A stretch of DNA of 63,781 nt, the filler included, from Octopus bimaculoides (Eukaryota), in NCBI RefSeq assembly GCF_001194135.2. It is 6 parts of 6 records of this genome, joined end to end, with 100 filler letters (N's around TTAATTAATTAA, not from the genome) between each part and the next. Parts side by side here need not be neighbours in the genome. Positions count along the whole stretch, not along the records: positions 42,586 to 52,809 come from NC_068987.1; positions 52,910 to 61,007 come from NC_068981.1; 4 more parts are not named here. One strand, given 5' to 3'. Shown here piece after piece: positions 43,231 to 55,812 of this stretch; positions within the stretch are counted from its first letter, which is position 1, and every line of letters begins with the position of its first letter. The notes beneath the pieces are model-generated. The model was not told the origin of the DNA, made no database searches, and saw nothing but the letters and a program-made list of their open reading frames with translations. The translations under genes were made by a program, and so were the position numbers.

Positions 43231-43763
43231 GTGAGAGAGCAGAGCATGCCATTAAAGTGACACTGGGGTATACCCATCATGACTACCCGTCTAACAAGGG
43301 TACACGAGGCACTTGAATCACAACCAGATGGGCGTGACATAGTGGTCTCATAACAAAGTAAACAGAACATGACCTTGCAGGTGGGGCCCAGTTAGAATTT
43401 TCTTCAGGTCGAGTAGCCTATCCCGCTCAAAAGGTCCCTGAATAAGGGTTGTTTAAGGATGTTGAATGAAACAGCCACGTTTCCAAAGGTGAATTATCCA
43501 AACCCCAAAGAATTCATTTCAGTACATGGCTGTGATGCTCCCCCACTACTTCTGCTCATGATCAGAGATGCACATATTGTCAGTCACTAAGGGACATGCT
43601 CAACTGGTTAAGGTCAAACAACTGACAAGCAAGTCTGTGGTATTGAGCAGAATATTTGCTGTAGCCCATCTTTTTATACCAAAACAAACAATGTACATGA
43701 TAACACTTCCAATTAATTAAGATCAGAAGCCATGAGAGCCGCTGCCTGGTACTGTATCTGGGC
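43231..43763. repeat. Unassigned ~550-bp element, copy 2
   Basis: Diverged copy of 42620-43170 with a ~19-bp deletion near one end. It has (att)n on both sides. Confidence 0.75.
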
Positions 43764-43771
43764 TATTATTA

Positions 43772-43864
<93 letters not shown>

Positions 43865-44844
43865 TTCGAAATTTAATAGTTTCACGCAAATTTCTCCTAC
43901 ATCAGCTGCTACACCTCCGTGTTGTTGAGATGTGTGCAGCATTGTATATTCTGTTTTGTCGTTGGGAGAGAACAAACTCTTCCTGGTACTGTGTTGCATT
44001 AGTTTGTTTCGCTATTGGGATCTGGTTGCAGTCTTTTGTTGTATTAGTGTTTATATTGTGTGTTGTGTGTGTAATGTGGTAGCCTGCCTGTTAGTGGTTG
44101 TTTATTTTATTGGCTATTTGCTATATAGAGTGTGTTTGTGAATTGTTTTGTTTGGGTTGCATTATTGAATTAATAGTCTTGCGTATGATGTGAGTTCTAC
44201 CTAGTAGGGATATTTTTTGGATAGTGTGTAGTGCTGAACGTCCAGGTATAGCTTTTAAGATTTTGTTCGTATGTTTATAATGCCCAATGCTCCAATTATT
44301 ACTGGTATTGTTTTCACCTTCATGCCCCAAATCTTGAATACATAAATTTTGAGGTCTTTGTACTTTGACAATTTCTTCCCTTCATTTTGGACAATATTTT
44401 GGTTAGAACGGACTGCAATGTCTATCAGTAAATAGGTGGGATTTTTTTTTTCCATAGCTTTTATTTCTTTGTCAGTTTGAACAGGCATATCCCAGATGAA
44501 TGTGACCTGGTTATTGTCATGTAACTTGTTTGGCACATGTTTATATCATTTCTTGTCATTTATGCATGAGTAGTGTTGGCGTATTGTTCAGTGGATAATA
44601 ATACTCGGTTATGCGTGTATATATATATATTCAGATTTTACAAGGACTGAACATCTGTCTCATTCTGCTGGTTGCACATTCTGCATTTGGTGTTAGAGCC
44701 TGTTTTCATTATTTTGCTATTATAGCTGTTTATGGCCAGGCATTAGTCTTGTTCAACGAGAATCAGTCCTTCCGTTTCAGTTCTTAGTGCAGAGCTTTTG
44801 AGTTATTGTTGGCTTTTATTCAGGCTAACTTTTTCTCTGTCAAG

Positions 44845-44845
<1 letters not shown>
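43865..44845 (-). mobile_element. Decayed 5'-truncated R4/Dong-clade LINE (knuckle, RLE and 3' UTR)
   Basis: Minus strand reads TETEGLILVEQD*CL, KCRMCNQQNET, TFIWDMPVQTDKEI, LLIDIAVRS, KLSKYKDLKI, IPVIIGALG, IQKISLLGRTHIIRK. It is flanked by (AAT)n and (CTA)n arrays. Confidence 0.82.
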
Positions 44846-44916
<71 letters not shown>

Positions 44917-44999
44917 ACATACACACACACACATTCTTTGTTTTGTCCTCTACTGTTCATAATGCTTTTCTTAATATAAACCCTTGTGATTAATAAAGA

Positions 45000-45093
<94 letters not shown>

Positions 45094-45718
45094 NNNNNNN
45101 NNNNNNNNNNNNNNNNNNNNNNNNNNNNNNNNNNNNNNNNNNNNNNNNNNNNNNNNNNNNNNNNNNNNNNNNNNNNNNNNNNNNNNNNNNNNNNNNNNNN
45201 NNNNNNNNNNNNNNNNNNNNNNNNNNNNNNNNNNNNNNNNNNNNNNNNNNNNNNNNNNNNNNNNNNNNNNNNNNNNNNNNNNNNNNNNNNNNNNNNNNNN
45301 NNNNNNNNNNNNNNNNNNNNNNNNNNNNNNNNNNNNNNNNNNNNNNNNNNNNNNNNNNNNNNNNNNNNNNNNNNNNNNNNNNNNNNNNNNNNNNNNNNNN
45401 NNNNNNNNNNNNNNNNNNNNNNNNNNNNNNNNNNNNNNNNNNNNNNNNNNNNNNNNNNNNNNNNNNNNNNNNNNNNNNNNNNNNNNNNNNNNNNNNNNNN
45501 NNNNNNNNNNNNNNNNNNNNNNNNNNNNNNNNNNNNNNNNNNNNNNNNNNNNNNNNNNNNNNNNNNNNNNNNNNNNNNNNNNNNNNNNNNNNNNNNNNNN
45601 NNNNNNNNNNNNNNNNNNNNNNNNNNNNNNNNNNNNNNNNNNNNNNNNNNNNNNNNNNNNNNNNNNNNNNNNNNNNNNNNNNNNNNNNNNNNNNNNNNNN
45701 NATGTATGTGCGTATACA

Positions 45719-45766
<48 letters not shown>

Positions 45767-45983
45767 TGTATACACACATACGTATATGTATCTGTAGGTA
45801 CATAAATAAGCACACTCATGCGCATACATGCATGCACACGCACACATGTACACATTCAATATATTATAGAAAAATGGATGAAGGGACAAATGTGTTTGTG
45901 TTGGTGTGACGTGTCTGTATTAAAAGAGGAGTAAATGAGCAAATATACATGAGTGGAGTGGGGTGGGGTGGGGTTAAATTGGA

Positions 45984-46015
<32 letters not shown>

Positions 46016-46093
46016 AAAGGGGTAAACGAAAAAGAATATGCAGAAGTTACAAAATGGCTGAAACGAAACAAAAATTATGTAAACAAACAACAA

Positions 46094-46118
46094 AATGATG
46101 ATGATGATGATGATGATA

Positions 46119-46168
<50 letters not shown>

Positions 46169-46234
46169 GATGATGATGATGATGATGATGATGATGACGA
46201 CGATGATGACGATGATGATGATGACGACGACGAC

Positions 46235-46267
<33 letters not shown>

Positions 46268-46271
46268 AATG

Positions 46272-46302
<31 letters not shown>

Positions 46303-46357
46303 TAATAATAAAAATGATTGTGATGATGATGATGATGATGATGATGACGATGATGAG
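46094..46357. repeat. (GAT)n/(GAC)n/(AAT)n compound microsatellite
   Basis: Direct reading; it is the source of the poly-D/M/H ORFs. Confidence 0.9.
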
Positions 46358-48136
46358 ATAAATGAAAAAGGAAAGAAAAAAGACAGACGAAAGTGTACAG
46401 CCCAGAGAAGTGTTGTGTTTGCCTGGTAGACAGACGTAGATGATTGTTCAGAAAAATGAGATCGATCAAATTATCTATTGATTGTTTATCTTTCATGTTC
46501 TTCTTCACGACTCCGTGACGGGGTTTTCTTTCTTTATTNNNNNNNNNNNNNNNNNNNNNNNNNNNNNNNNNNNNNNNNNNNNNNNNNNNNNNNNNNNNNN
46601 NNNNNNNNNNNNNNNNNNNNNNNNNNNNNNNNNNNNNNNNNNNNNNNNNNNNNNNNNNNNNNNNNNNNNNNNNNNNNNNNNNNNNNNNNNNNNNNNNNNN
46701 NNNNNNNNNNNNNNNNNNNNNNNNNNNNNNNNNNNNNNNNNNNNNNNNNNNNNNNNNNNNNNNNNNNNNNNNNNNNNNNNNNNNNNNNNNNNNNNNNNNN
46801 NNNNNNNNNNNNNNNNNNNNNNNNNNNNNNNNNNNNNNNNNNNNNNNNNNNNNNNNNNNNNNNNNNNNNNNNNNNNNNNNNNNNNNNNNNNNNNNNNNNN
46901 NNNNNNNNNNNNNNNNNNNNNNNNNNNNNNNNNNNNNNNNNNNNNNNNNNNNNNNNNNNNNNNNNNNNNNNNNNNNNNNNNNNNNNNNNNNNNNNNNNNN
47001 NNNNNNNNNNNNNNNNNNNNNNNNNNNNNNNNNNNNNNNNNNNNNNNNNNNNNNNNNNNNNNNNNNNNNNNNNNNNNNNNNNNNNNNNNNNNNNNNNNNN
47101 NNNNNNNNNNNNNNNNNNNNNNNNNNNNNNNNNNNNNNNNNNNNNNNNNNNNNNNNNNNNNNNNNNNNNNNNNNNNNNNNNNNNNNNNNNNNNNNNNNNN
47201 NNNNNNNNNNNNNNNNNNNNNNNNNNNNNNNNNNNNNNNNNNNNNNNNNNNNNNNNNNNNNNNNNNNNNNNNNNNNNNNNNNNNNNNNNNNNNNNNNNNN
47301 NNNNNNNNNNNNNNNNNNNNNNNNNNNNNNNNNNNNNNNNNNNNNNNNNNCTCCTCCTTCCTCCCTCCCCTCCCCTCCTCTTCCCTCTCCCCCTCCTCCT
47401 CTTCCTCCTCCTCCTCTTCCTACTACTACTACTACATCTGCTTCTTCATCATCTTCAACTGTTGCTAGTGTATACAGGGACCCCACACACCAAAATCTCG
47501 CGAAGGTACCAACTCACAGATCTATCGCTTACAAGGTGATTGTGCTAAAGACAATAGCAACCAAGTGGACCCTAAACAAATCTGATGTGCTTCCACACGG
47601 TTCCTGTTTACCAAACTCTGTAGAAAATGGTTTGGCTGACTTGAGTTTATGATAGACACAGCATAACCAATATACCACACAGCGGGATCGAACTTGGGAC
47701 TCATATTTGCATAGTTAATTTCTTAACTACGCAGCCATGTATGTGTACAATTTCATATCGTAAAGAATAGCAGTGACGTCATCGTGTAAATGTCTTTTAT
47801 TGAAGTTGGTGAACTTCTTTGTATTTCATTGTCCGCAGAGAAACAACTGAGAGTCAGTCAGTTCCAGACGGTGGCGTTCGGGATTCAGTGATGAGAGATT
47901 GTTAAAAAGTATTCTGGGAAGCCATAGTTTTATTTCTCATTTCTCTAAGATACGCTTATCGTCAAGCCATATGTATCGCGTTATTTATTAACGACACTTA
48001 CTTTCTCTGAGTTAAAACTGGCTTGACTTTACATTTCATCCTTCCGTTGTTGATAAAATAAAGAACCAGGCAAGTGCTGGACTCAGTAAAACCAGCTACC
48101 CTATTATATTATGCTGTTGTTCTTATGCCCTTACAT

Positions 48137-49073
48137 CAGTGTTTCCCAACCAGTTTTTTTTACCTACAGACCCCTGTGATTACTTCATAGATGGGCCCTC
48201 CTAAGCATTCGCTGTTTAAAATATCCTATTATATTTTTTATAATTAGATATTATTAAGAATTGTATTAAAATAATTATTAAGGCGTAGGAGTGGCTGTGT
48301 GGTAAGTACCAACCACATGGTTCCGGGTTCAGTCCCATTGCGTGGCATCTTGGGCAAGTGTCTTCTACTATAGTCTCGGGCCGACCAAAGTCTTGTGAGT
48401 GGATTTGGTAGACGGAAACTGAAAGAAGCCCGTCGTATATATGTTATATATATATATATATATATATATATATNNNNNNNNNNNNNNNNNNNNNNNNNNN
48501 NNNNNNNNNNNNNNNNNNNNNNNNNNNNNNNNNNNNNNNNNNNNNNNNNNNNNNNNNNNNNNNNNNNNNNNNNNNNNNNNNNNNNNNNNNNNNNNNNNNN
48601 NNNNNNNNNNNNNNNNNNNNNNNNNNNNNNNNNNNNNNNNNNNNNTGTGTGTGTGTGTTTGTCCCCCTAGCATTGCTTGACAGCCGATGCTGGTGTGTTT
48701 ATGTCCCCGTCACTTAGCGGTTCGGCAAAAGAGACCGATAGAATAAGTACTAAGCTTACAAAGAATAAGTCCCGGGCTCTATTTGCTCGACTAAAGGTGG
48801 TGCTCCAGCATAGCCGCTTGACAACTGATGCTGGTGTGTTTACGCCCCCGTAACTTAGTGGTTCGGCAAAAGAGACCGATAGAATAAGCACTAAGCTTCC
48901 AAAGAATAAGTCCTGGGGTCGATTTTCTCGACTAAAGGCGGTGCTCCAGCATGGCCACAGTCAAAAGACTGAAACAAGTAAAAAAGTAAAAGAGTGAGAT
49001 ACTTCGTGTTTAGTAGAAATACAACCAGTTTATTGCACATCAATTTTAACTGGACCCCTGTTGAGAGCCACTA
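48137..49073. mobile_element. hAT (Charlie-like) MITE interrupted by a SINE-A insertion
   Basis: Starts cagtgtttcccaac and ends with degenerate gttgagagccacta. The 8-bp flanks ccttacat (48129-48136) and ctttacat (49074-49081) match 7/8. Confidence 0.65.
48281..48998 (+). mobile_element. tRNA-derived SINE family A with internal (TA)n/(TG)n microsatellite and a duplicated 3' module
   Basis: A-box-like gtggctgtgtggtaag, B-box-like gggttcagtccc, body ...ggaaactgaaagaagcccgtc, then microsatellite/gap and a tail ending gactgaaacaagtaaaa(gagt)n. Confidence 0.85.
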
Positions 49074-50334
49074 CTTTACATGAACATATACATGTGTTCG
49101 AGTGTTACGCTTTCAAAAATAACTTCTGGAAAAATTACATCTTGACGTAGTCATGATACAAGTGTGCTTAGTTTAACAACATTTACACTGATACTGCTTA
49201 TATTTTTGCACTACAAATCTTATTTCCCCTTCATATTTATCAGCAGCAACAACAACAACAACCATAGCTAAAGCCTTCTTCACTAAATGCTAAATTAATA
49301 CCCCCATTAGATGTCTCCATCTTGTTCTGTTCTTGCTATAATACGATCTATTGATCAACAGTTTGTACAACATAAGAAGAATCAAAGATGAACTGCAACG
49401 CTGTTGTATAAAAATAACAAACCGTGATCGATAGAGAAAATAGAGAAATACTCCCTGATGGCATTTATAAATTAGTAAATCAAGAAACGGGAGTGGTAGC
49501 TGGTAGCAAAAAAGTGCCTGAAAGAAAGATGTATTGGCTGAAACAGATCGATACATTTGGGATGTAGTCAGAGAAATAAAGGTTTTACAAAATGATCTAT
49601 TTGCTTCTCTTTCAGCTTCAGTGAAGAAGGAAGAAACGTGTTAAATAAACATATTTATGTATTTATTTATCATTTTATTATTTATTTATTATTTATTATT
49701 ACTATTCTCTTTCTCCGGCTGAGTCATCACTTTCCATAGCAGCATATGTAGTGTCTTTGCATAGTTTTTGTTCAATTTCTTCAGGAAACTACTTAATCTG
49801 GCGAAGCTGGACCACTATCATCTGGTGATGGATTTCTTCTTCAACGTTCTCTCTCTCTCTCCCTTTCCCCTTTCTCTCTCTCATTCCCCCTTCCTTTCCC
49901 CCATCTCTCTTCCTTTCTCTTTCCCCCTTTCTCTTCTTGAGTAGTCTATTCGGTTTGCAGTCAAAAATATTGATTTCCAGCATAAGCATACGGATTTATA
50001 ATTTGCGGATAGAAAGTCGATTGCTCAGTAAAAAAAAACCCCAATACTTGACTGGTATGATATATTATTGATCCCAGAAAGATGAAAATAAAAACAAGGA
50101 GGTATTAATGACCGCAACGTAATTTTTCAACTGCTCAACCGATTCTATTTGTGTTATATTGACACTGAAGTATAACGAACAGAATCTACCTTAGCATATA
50201 ACTGCTACATGTACAGCCATTAGGGCACATCCCAGTGAATCTATCCCAGTACAAAGGTGCAATATATTCTGATATTAGGGCACACTCCATTGAATCTATC
50301 CCTGAATACTTTGTCCACTTAATATTACCTTCAA

Positions 50335-50769
50335 ATTTAGGCACAGGGTCAGCAATTTGTGGGAAGCGGGAAAGTCGATAAAATCAACCTCAGTGTTGAA
50401 CTGGTACTTATTTCATCGTGCCCGAAGGGATCAAAGGCAAAGTCGACCCGGGCGGCATTGGAACCCAGAACGCAAAGATGGACGAAACGTTGTAGGCATT
50501 TTGCCTGGCGTGCTAACGATTCTGTTAGCTCGACGCCTTTGATTGCCGCTCATATTGATTTAAACTTTTGCACAAGGCCAGCAATTCCGGAAGAAGAGCT
50601 GAATAGGCTACATTGACCCCAGTGTTCAACTGGTACTTATTTTATCGACCCCATAAAGTCGAAAGGCAAAGTCGACCTCGGCGGAATTTGAACTCAGAAT
50701 ATGCAAACGGACGAAATGCTATTAAGCATTTTGCCCGGCGTGCTCACAATTCTACCAGCTCGCCACTTT
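50335..50769 (-). mobile_element. Two tandem SINE family B copies
   Basis: Family B core at about 50335-50540 and 50565-50769. Confidence 0.8.
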
Positions 50770-51094
50770 TGATTGCAACTCATATTGTCATGGGATGTAC
50801 CCAACTGAATCTACCCAAGTACATATCAAGCTTTGAGATATTTTATCATTATCGATCGAGAACAGCTGCTGAAAGAAAATGATGTTTGATTAGATTTTTT
50901 TTTGTGAAATCAGCAGATAGGAATAGCGTAGAATATCAACAATTTCAGCTGGTCGGCTACGCAAACCACAATCTTGTGATTAGTGTAGTCAGACTAGATA
51001 GGACATATAGAAGGGTGTATAGCAACTGAAAACCACGCGCGTCGTTTCCGACGTTGAAAGACGGCAGGACTGGATTAACNNNNNNNNNNNNNNN

Positions 51095-51130
<36 letters not shown>

Positions 51131-51560
51131 GAAGGGAGCTATTTCATTAAAATCAATTGGGATAGAAAGAAGTAGCTACAAGGAACGATAGATTGGAAAG
51201 GGAGCCTAGTCATTAGATTAGAAGAGACAATTAGGAATGAAACGGTATGCCGATATGCTAGCAAGAAAAATTAGGTTCGATCGTTATTTCGATGCGGAAC
51301 ACGAAGGATGTTTTGTATGAAATAATCTGTGCGTTCTTAGATACAAAGGCAGCAGAGACCGAAGCAGCGTTCCTGACACCTAGAATAGCGTTAGGCGCTT
51401 AGAGCCCTCTGCCAGCCGGGCATGTGGTTGATGGATGTTCGGGGTGGGGGAGATTTAAGGCGGTTACACCAACCTCAGCTCAACTGCTACTTTATTTTAT
51501 CGAACTCGAAGGGATGAAAGGCAAAGTCGGCCACGGCAGAATTTGAACTCAGAACGTAAC

Positions 51561-51634
<74 letters not shown>

Positions 51635-51769
51635 CCTTTCTACTAGAAGCAAAGCACAAGACCTCAAATGTGTGAAGAGGGGACTAGTCGATTAGATCAA
51701 CCCCAATGTTTCACTGATACTTAATATATCGACCCCAAAAGGATGAAAGGAAAAATCAATTGAATATCT

Positions 51770-52809
51770 AAGTGAATTCCAAATACAACAAATCCCAGAA
51801 TTAGACTACTAGAAACAAGCACAGAAAAAGCTAAGCGTATGAAAACCCGTACTAAAACTGCTGCCTTGGATATTCTTACTGATAAATGGCAAGAAAAACC
51901 TCTCATGACAAATACCCAAAGAGAGCTAATAGTGCTATTGTTGACAAAGCCCTTGCCCATGAATGGTTAATGGCTTCTGGCTTAGAAGGGTTTATCATAG
52001 CAGCCCAAGATCAATGCCTAACTACAAAAAAAAACTACCAGGCCAACATATTAAAGAACGGCAGCTGCCCAACATGATCGTGCATGTGAACAACAAAATG
52101 AAACCATTGATCATGTTGTCTCTATGTGCAGTCTTTTTGCGCCTACAGAGTATCTCAACAGACATGATAGAGCATCATAATATATTCACTGGGTAATTTG
52201 AAAAACCTAGACCTGCCCCGTGATAAAAACTGGTAGGAACACAAACCACCACCAGTGCTTGAAAATGATCGAATCTCACTCCACTGGAACTTCACCATTC
52301 AAACCGGGAGAAAGTTAGATGTGAATAGGCCAGGTACTATATTGAAAGACTTCAGACAAAAATCATGCCTCCTCATTGATATGACTGCCCCAATCGATAT
52401 AAATGCGTCTGTCAAGACCTACCAAAAACTGAGCAAGTATAAAGATCTTGAAATAGAAATTGGCAAAATGTGGAACCTGAAGACTAAAACAATGACTGTT
52501 GTCATAGGTACACGAGGAATGATAGCAAAAGGGGCTGATTGCTACCTAGCTCAGATACCAGGAAACCCCAAAATGGCAGAAATTCAAAAGATAATGCTCA
52601 TGGGAACTGCCCATATCCTACGTAAAATACTGTCTATGTAACCTCAAAATTTTCTTATGTTTTCTTAAACATTCTCTAGAACAATACTATGTGCAAAACC
52701 AAATATATGACGCCCTAGGCATAGCATCAACATGAACTTCTAACTTGTTGTCTCTTGGGGGTCTCTGGGTGAGACTTGGAGCCAGCTTGTACAAATACAA
52801 AGCAAAAGT
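51770..52809 (+). mobile_element. 5'-truncated R4/Dong-clade non-LTR retrotransposon: zinc knuckle, restriction-like endonuclease and 3' UTR, frameshifted
   Basis: Across frames it reads EGFIIAAQDQCL, C..C...ETIDHVVSMC (CCHC knuckle), RHDR, WNFTIQTGRKLDVNRPG..LLIDMTAP..KLSKYKDLEIEI..VVIGTRG..IQKIMLMGTAHILRKILSM* (stop at 52641). These are RLE-type LINE C-terminal motifs. Confidence 0.88.
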
Positions 52810-53165
52810 NNNNNNNNNNNNNNNNNNNNNNNNNNNNNNNNNNNNNNNNNNNNTTAATTAATTAANNNNNNNNNNNNNNNNNNNNNNNNNNNNNNNNNNN
52901 NNNNNNNNNGCAAGGAACCGTGTGAATAGTCAGAAAAAAAAGAAAACAAAAAAAAGGTGCCAGCGATAGATCGGGGCTTGTGGGGTCGGAGCGTGGCCTG
53001 ATCTTCGCTTCATTTGTGTTGTCTAACGTACTGTTAATATCATTCGAATTTTTATATTTTATAAAATTTTTAAAGTCATATTTTATGTAAACCATTCGCA
53101 TTACTGATCCCAATCAGTTGTTTTGTACCATTCTATGTTTGGCCCCCTGTGGGCAATAAAGAATT

Positions 53166-53568
53166 GGTATTTCGTCTGTCTACGTTCTGAGTTCAAATTC
53201 CACACAGGTCGACTTTGCCTTTCATCCTTTCGGGGTCGATTAAATAAGTACCAGTTACGCACTGGGGTCAATGTAATCAACTGAATCTCTTTGTCTGTCC
53301 TTGTTTTTCCCCTCTATGTTTAGTCCCCTATGGGCAATATATAGAAATAAATAATCCTTTCTACTAAAGGCACAAGGCCTGATCTTTTGGGGAAAGGACA
53401 CTTCGATTATATCGACTCCAGTACGTAACTGGTACTTATTTTACCGACTCCAAAAGGATGAAAGGCAACGCCCACCTCAGCGGAATTTGAAATCTGAACA
53501 TAAAGACGGACGAAATGCCGTAAAGCATTTTGACTCGGGTGCTAACTGTACTACCAGCTCGCCACCTT
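53166..53568. mobile_element. Tail-to-tail inverted SINE family B pair (two tail variants)
   Basis: The + copy at about 53166-53350 has a gtcccctatgggcaat tail. The - copy at about 53355-53568 has a cctttctactaaaggcacaaggcc tail. Confidence 0.78.
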
Positions 53569-53716
53569 AAAAGCTTCATAATAATTTTAAACGACAAATG
53601 TATCTGTGGCCATCGAAACTTTGGAGATAATGCTAAACGCATGTTTAACTTGTAAGGCCAAACACCAGGAAAACCAAAACTATTAAAGCAACAAAGAATT
53701 GTTCTCATGGGCACTC

Positions 53717-54576
53717 TTTTACTCTTTTCTCTTTTACTCTTTTACTTGTTTCAGTCATTTGACTGCGGCCATGCTGGAGCACCGCCTTTAGTCGAAGAAA
53801 TCGACCCCAGGACTTATTCTTAAGAAGCCTAGTACTTATTCTATCGATCTGTTTTGCCGAACCGCTAAGTTAAGGGGATGTAAACACACCAGCATCGGTT
53901 TTCAAGCGATGTTGGGGACACAAACACACACAAACATATACACAAACATACATATATATATANNNNNNNNNNNNNNNNNNNNNNNNNNNNNNNNNNNNNN
54001 NNNNNNNNNNNNNNNNNNNNNNNNNNNNNNNNNNNNNNNNNNNNNNNNNNNNNNNNNNNNNNNNNNNNNNNNNNNNNNNNNNNNNNNNNNNNNNNNNNNN
54101 NNNNNNNNNNNNNNNNNNNNNNNNNNNNNNNNNNNNNNNNNNNNNNNNNNNNNNNNNNNNNNNNNNNNNNNNNNNNNNNNNNNNNNNNNNNNNNNNNNNN
54201 NNNNNNNNNNNNNNNNNNNNNNNNNNNNNNNNNNNNNNNNNNNNNNNNNNNNNNNNNNNNNNNNNNNNNNNNNNNNNNNNNNNNNNNNNNNNNNNNNNNN
54301 NNNNNNNNNNNNNNNNNNNNNNNNNNNNNNNNNNNNNNNNNNNNNNNNNNNNNNNNNNNNNNNNNNNNNNNNNNNNNNNNNNNNNNNNNNNNNNNNNNNN
54401 NNNNNNNNNNNNNATATATATACGACGGGCTTCTTTCAGTTTCCGTCTACCAAATCCACTCACAAGGCTTTGGTCGGCCAAGGCTATAGTAGAAGACACT
54501 TGCCCAAGGTGCCACGCAGTGGGACTGAACCCGGAACCATGTGGCTGGTAAGCAAGCTACTTACCACACAGCCACT
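53717..54576 (-). mobile_element. SINE family A, full length
   Basis: Reverse complement of the family A tail (53717-53920) and head (54420-54576) around a microsatellite gap. Confidence 0.85.
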
Positions 54577-54825
54577 CATGCTCACAGGATTTGTAAACCC
54601 TATCAACCCGAGAATATCTGATTCTCTTCAAACACTTCCAAAATCGAAAATATAAATTTAACAAAATCCTAGTAATTGGAATCTAGTCTCTTTTCTCTGT
54701 AATGTTCCATTGCTAATCATTCGCTGATCGTAAATACAGCGACAGTAAAAACGTCCAACTTGCTGTTACATACGGTCTCTGGAACAGACTTGGAACACAG
54801 GTCGTATAAAATAATGCAACAACGA

Positions 54826-54945
<120 letters not shown>

Positions 54946-54961
54946 CAACGGCCACAATAGT

Positions 54962-55180
54962 TTGAAATTTTGGCACAAGGCCAGTAGTTTCGGGGGAGGA
55001 GGTAAGTCGATTACATCGACCTCCAATGTTTCACTGGTACTTGATTTATTGACCCCGAAAGGATGAAAGGCAAAGTCGACCTCGATGGAATTTGAACTCA
55101 GAACGTAAAAGACAGATGGAATATCGCTAAGCATTTCGCTCGGCATGCCTACGATCCTGCAGGTCGCCGCCTTACTACTA

Positions 55181-55248
<68 letters not shown>

Positions 55249-55430
55249 TCTTTCTACTGAAGGCACAAGGCTTGATATCTTGGTGGAGGGGACTAGTCGA
55301 TTACATCGACCGCAGTGTTTCACTGGTATTCAATTTATTAAACTCGAAGGGATGAAAGATGAAGTCGACACCGGCGAAATTTGAACTCAGAACATGAAAA
55401 CGAGCGAAATGGCGTTAAGCATTCCGCCAC
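54962..55430 (-). mobile_element. Two tandem SINE family B copies separated by (cta)n/(taa)n
   Basis: Family B core at about 54962-55172 and 55248-55430. Confidence 0.8.
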
Positions 55431-55440
55431 CTGAATAATG

Positions 55441-55493
<53 letters not shown>

Positions 55494-55540
55494 TTGGATC
55501 CAACTTGTACAAATGCAAAACAAAAGTCAAACATAAAATA
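55494..55540 (+). mobile_element. Extreme 3' terminus of the 51770-type R4/Dong subfamily
   Basis: ttggatccaacttgtacaaatgcaaaacaaaagt matches ttggagccagcttgtacaaatacaaagcaaaagt just before the gap at 52809. It has (aat)n on both sides. Confidence 0.6.
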
Positions 55541-55570
55541 ATAATAATAACAACAACAATAACAATAATA

Positions 55571-55767
55571 ATACATAACAGAAACACCAGGACTTACAAG
55601 TATATATAACATACAAAAAATTGCACTACTGGGCACTGCACACATCCTACGCGAAACACTTTCAATACAGTAACCATAAGAGCATCACGGCAAACCACAG
55701 CACATAGCCAAGGCACACAGAGCTGCGCTCTGTAACGAAATGAAAGCACGCTATAAAAATATAACTA

Positions 55768-55770
<3 letters not shown>
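55571..55770 (+). mobile_element. 200-bp 3' end of an R4/Dong LINE subfamily embedded in (AAT)n
   Basis: Encodes ITETPGLTSIYNIQKIALLGTAHILRETLSIQ*, homologous to the C-terminus at 52560-52641. It ends ...actactg followed by (aat)n. Confidence 0.8.

Positions 55771-55812
<42 letters not shown>

Noticed and set aside
42620-43763. Tandem long repeats or SINE stacks considered as a CRISPR-like array
   Set aside because: The context is eukaryotic, with no short constant repeats separated by unique equal-length spacers and no cas genes.
49280-49650. Coding-looking unique stretch (for example YIWDVVREIKVLQNDLF)
   Set aside because: All frames contain stops and I recognise no family. It could be a decayed element but cannot be supported without a search.
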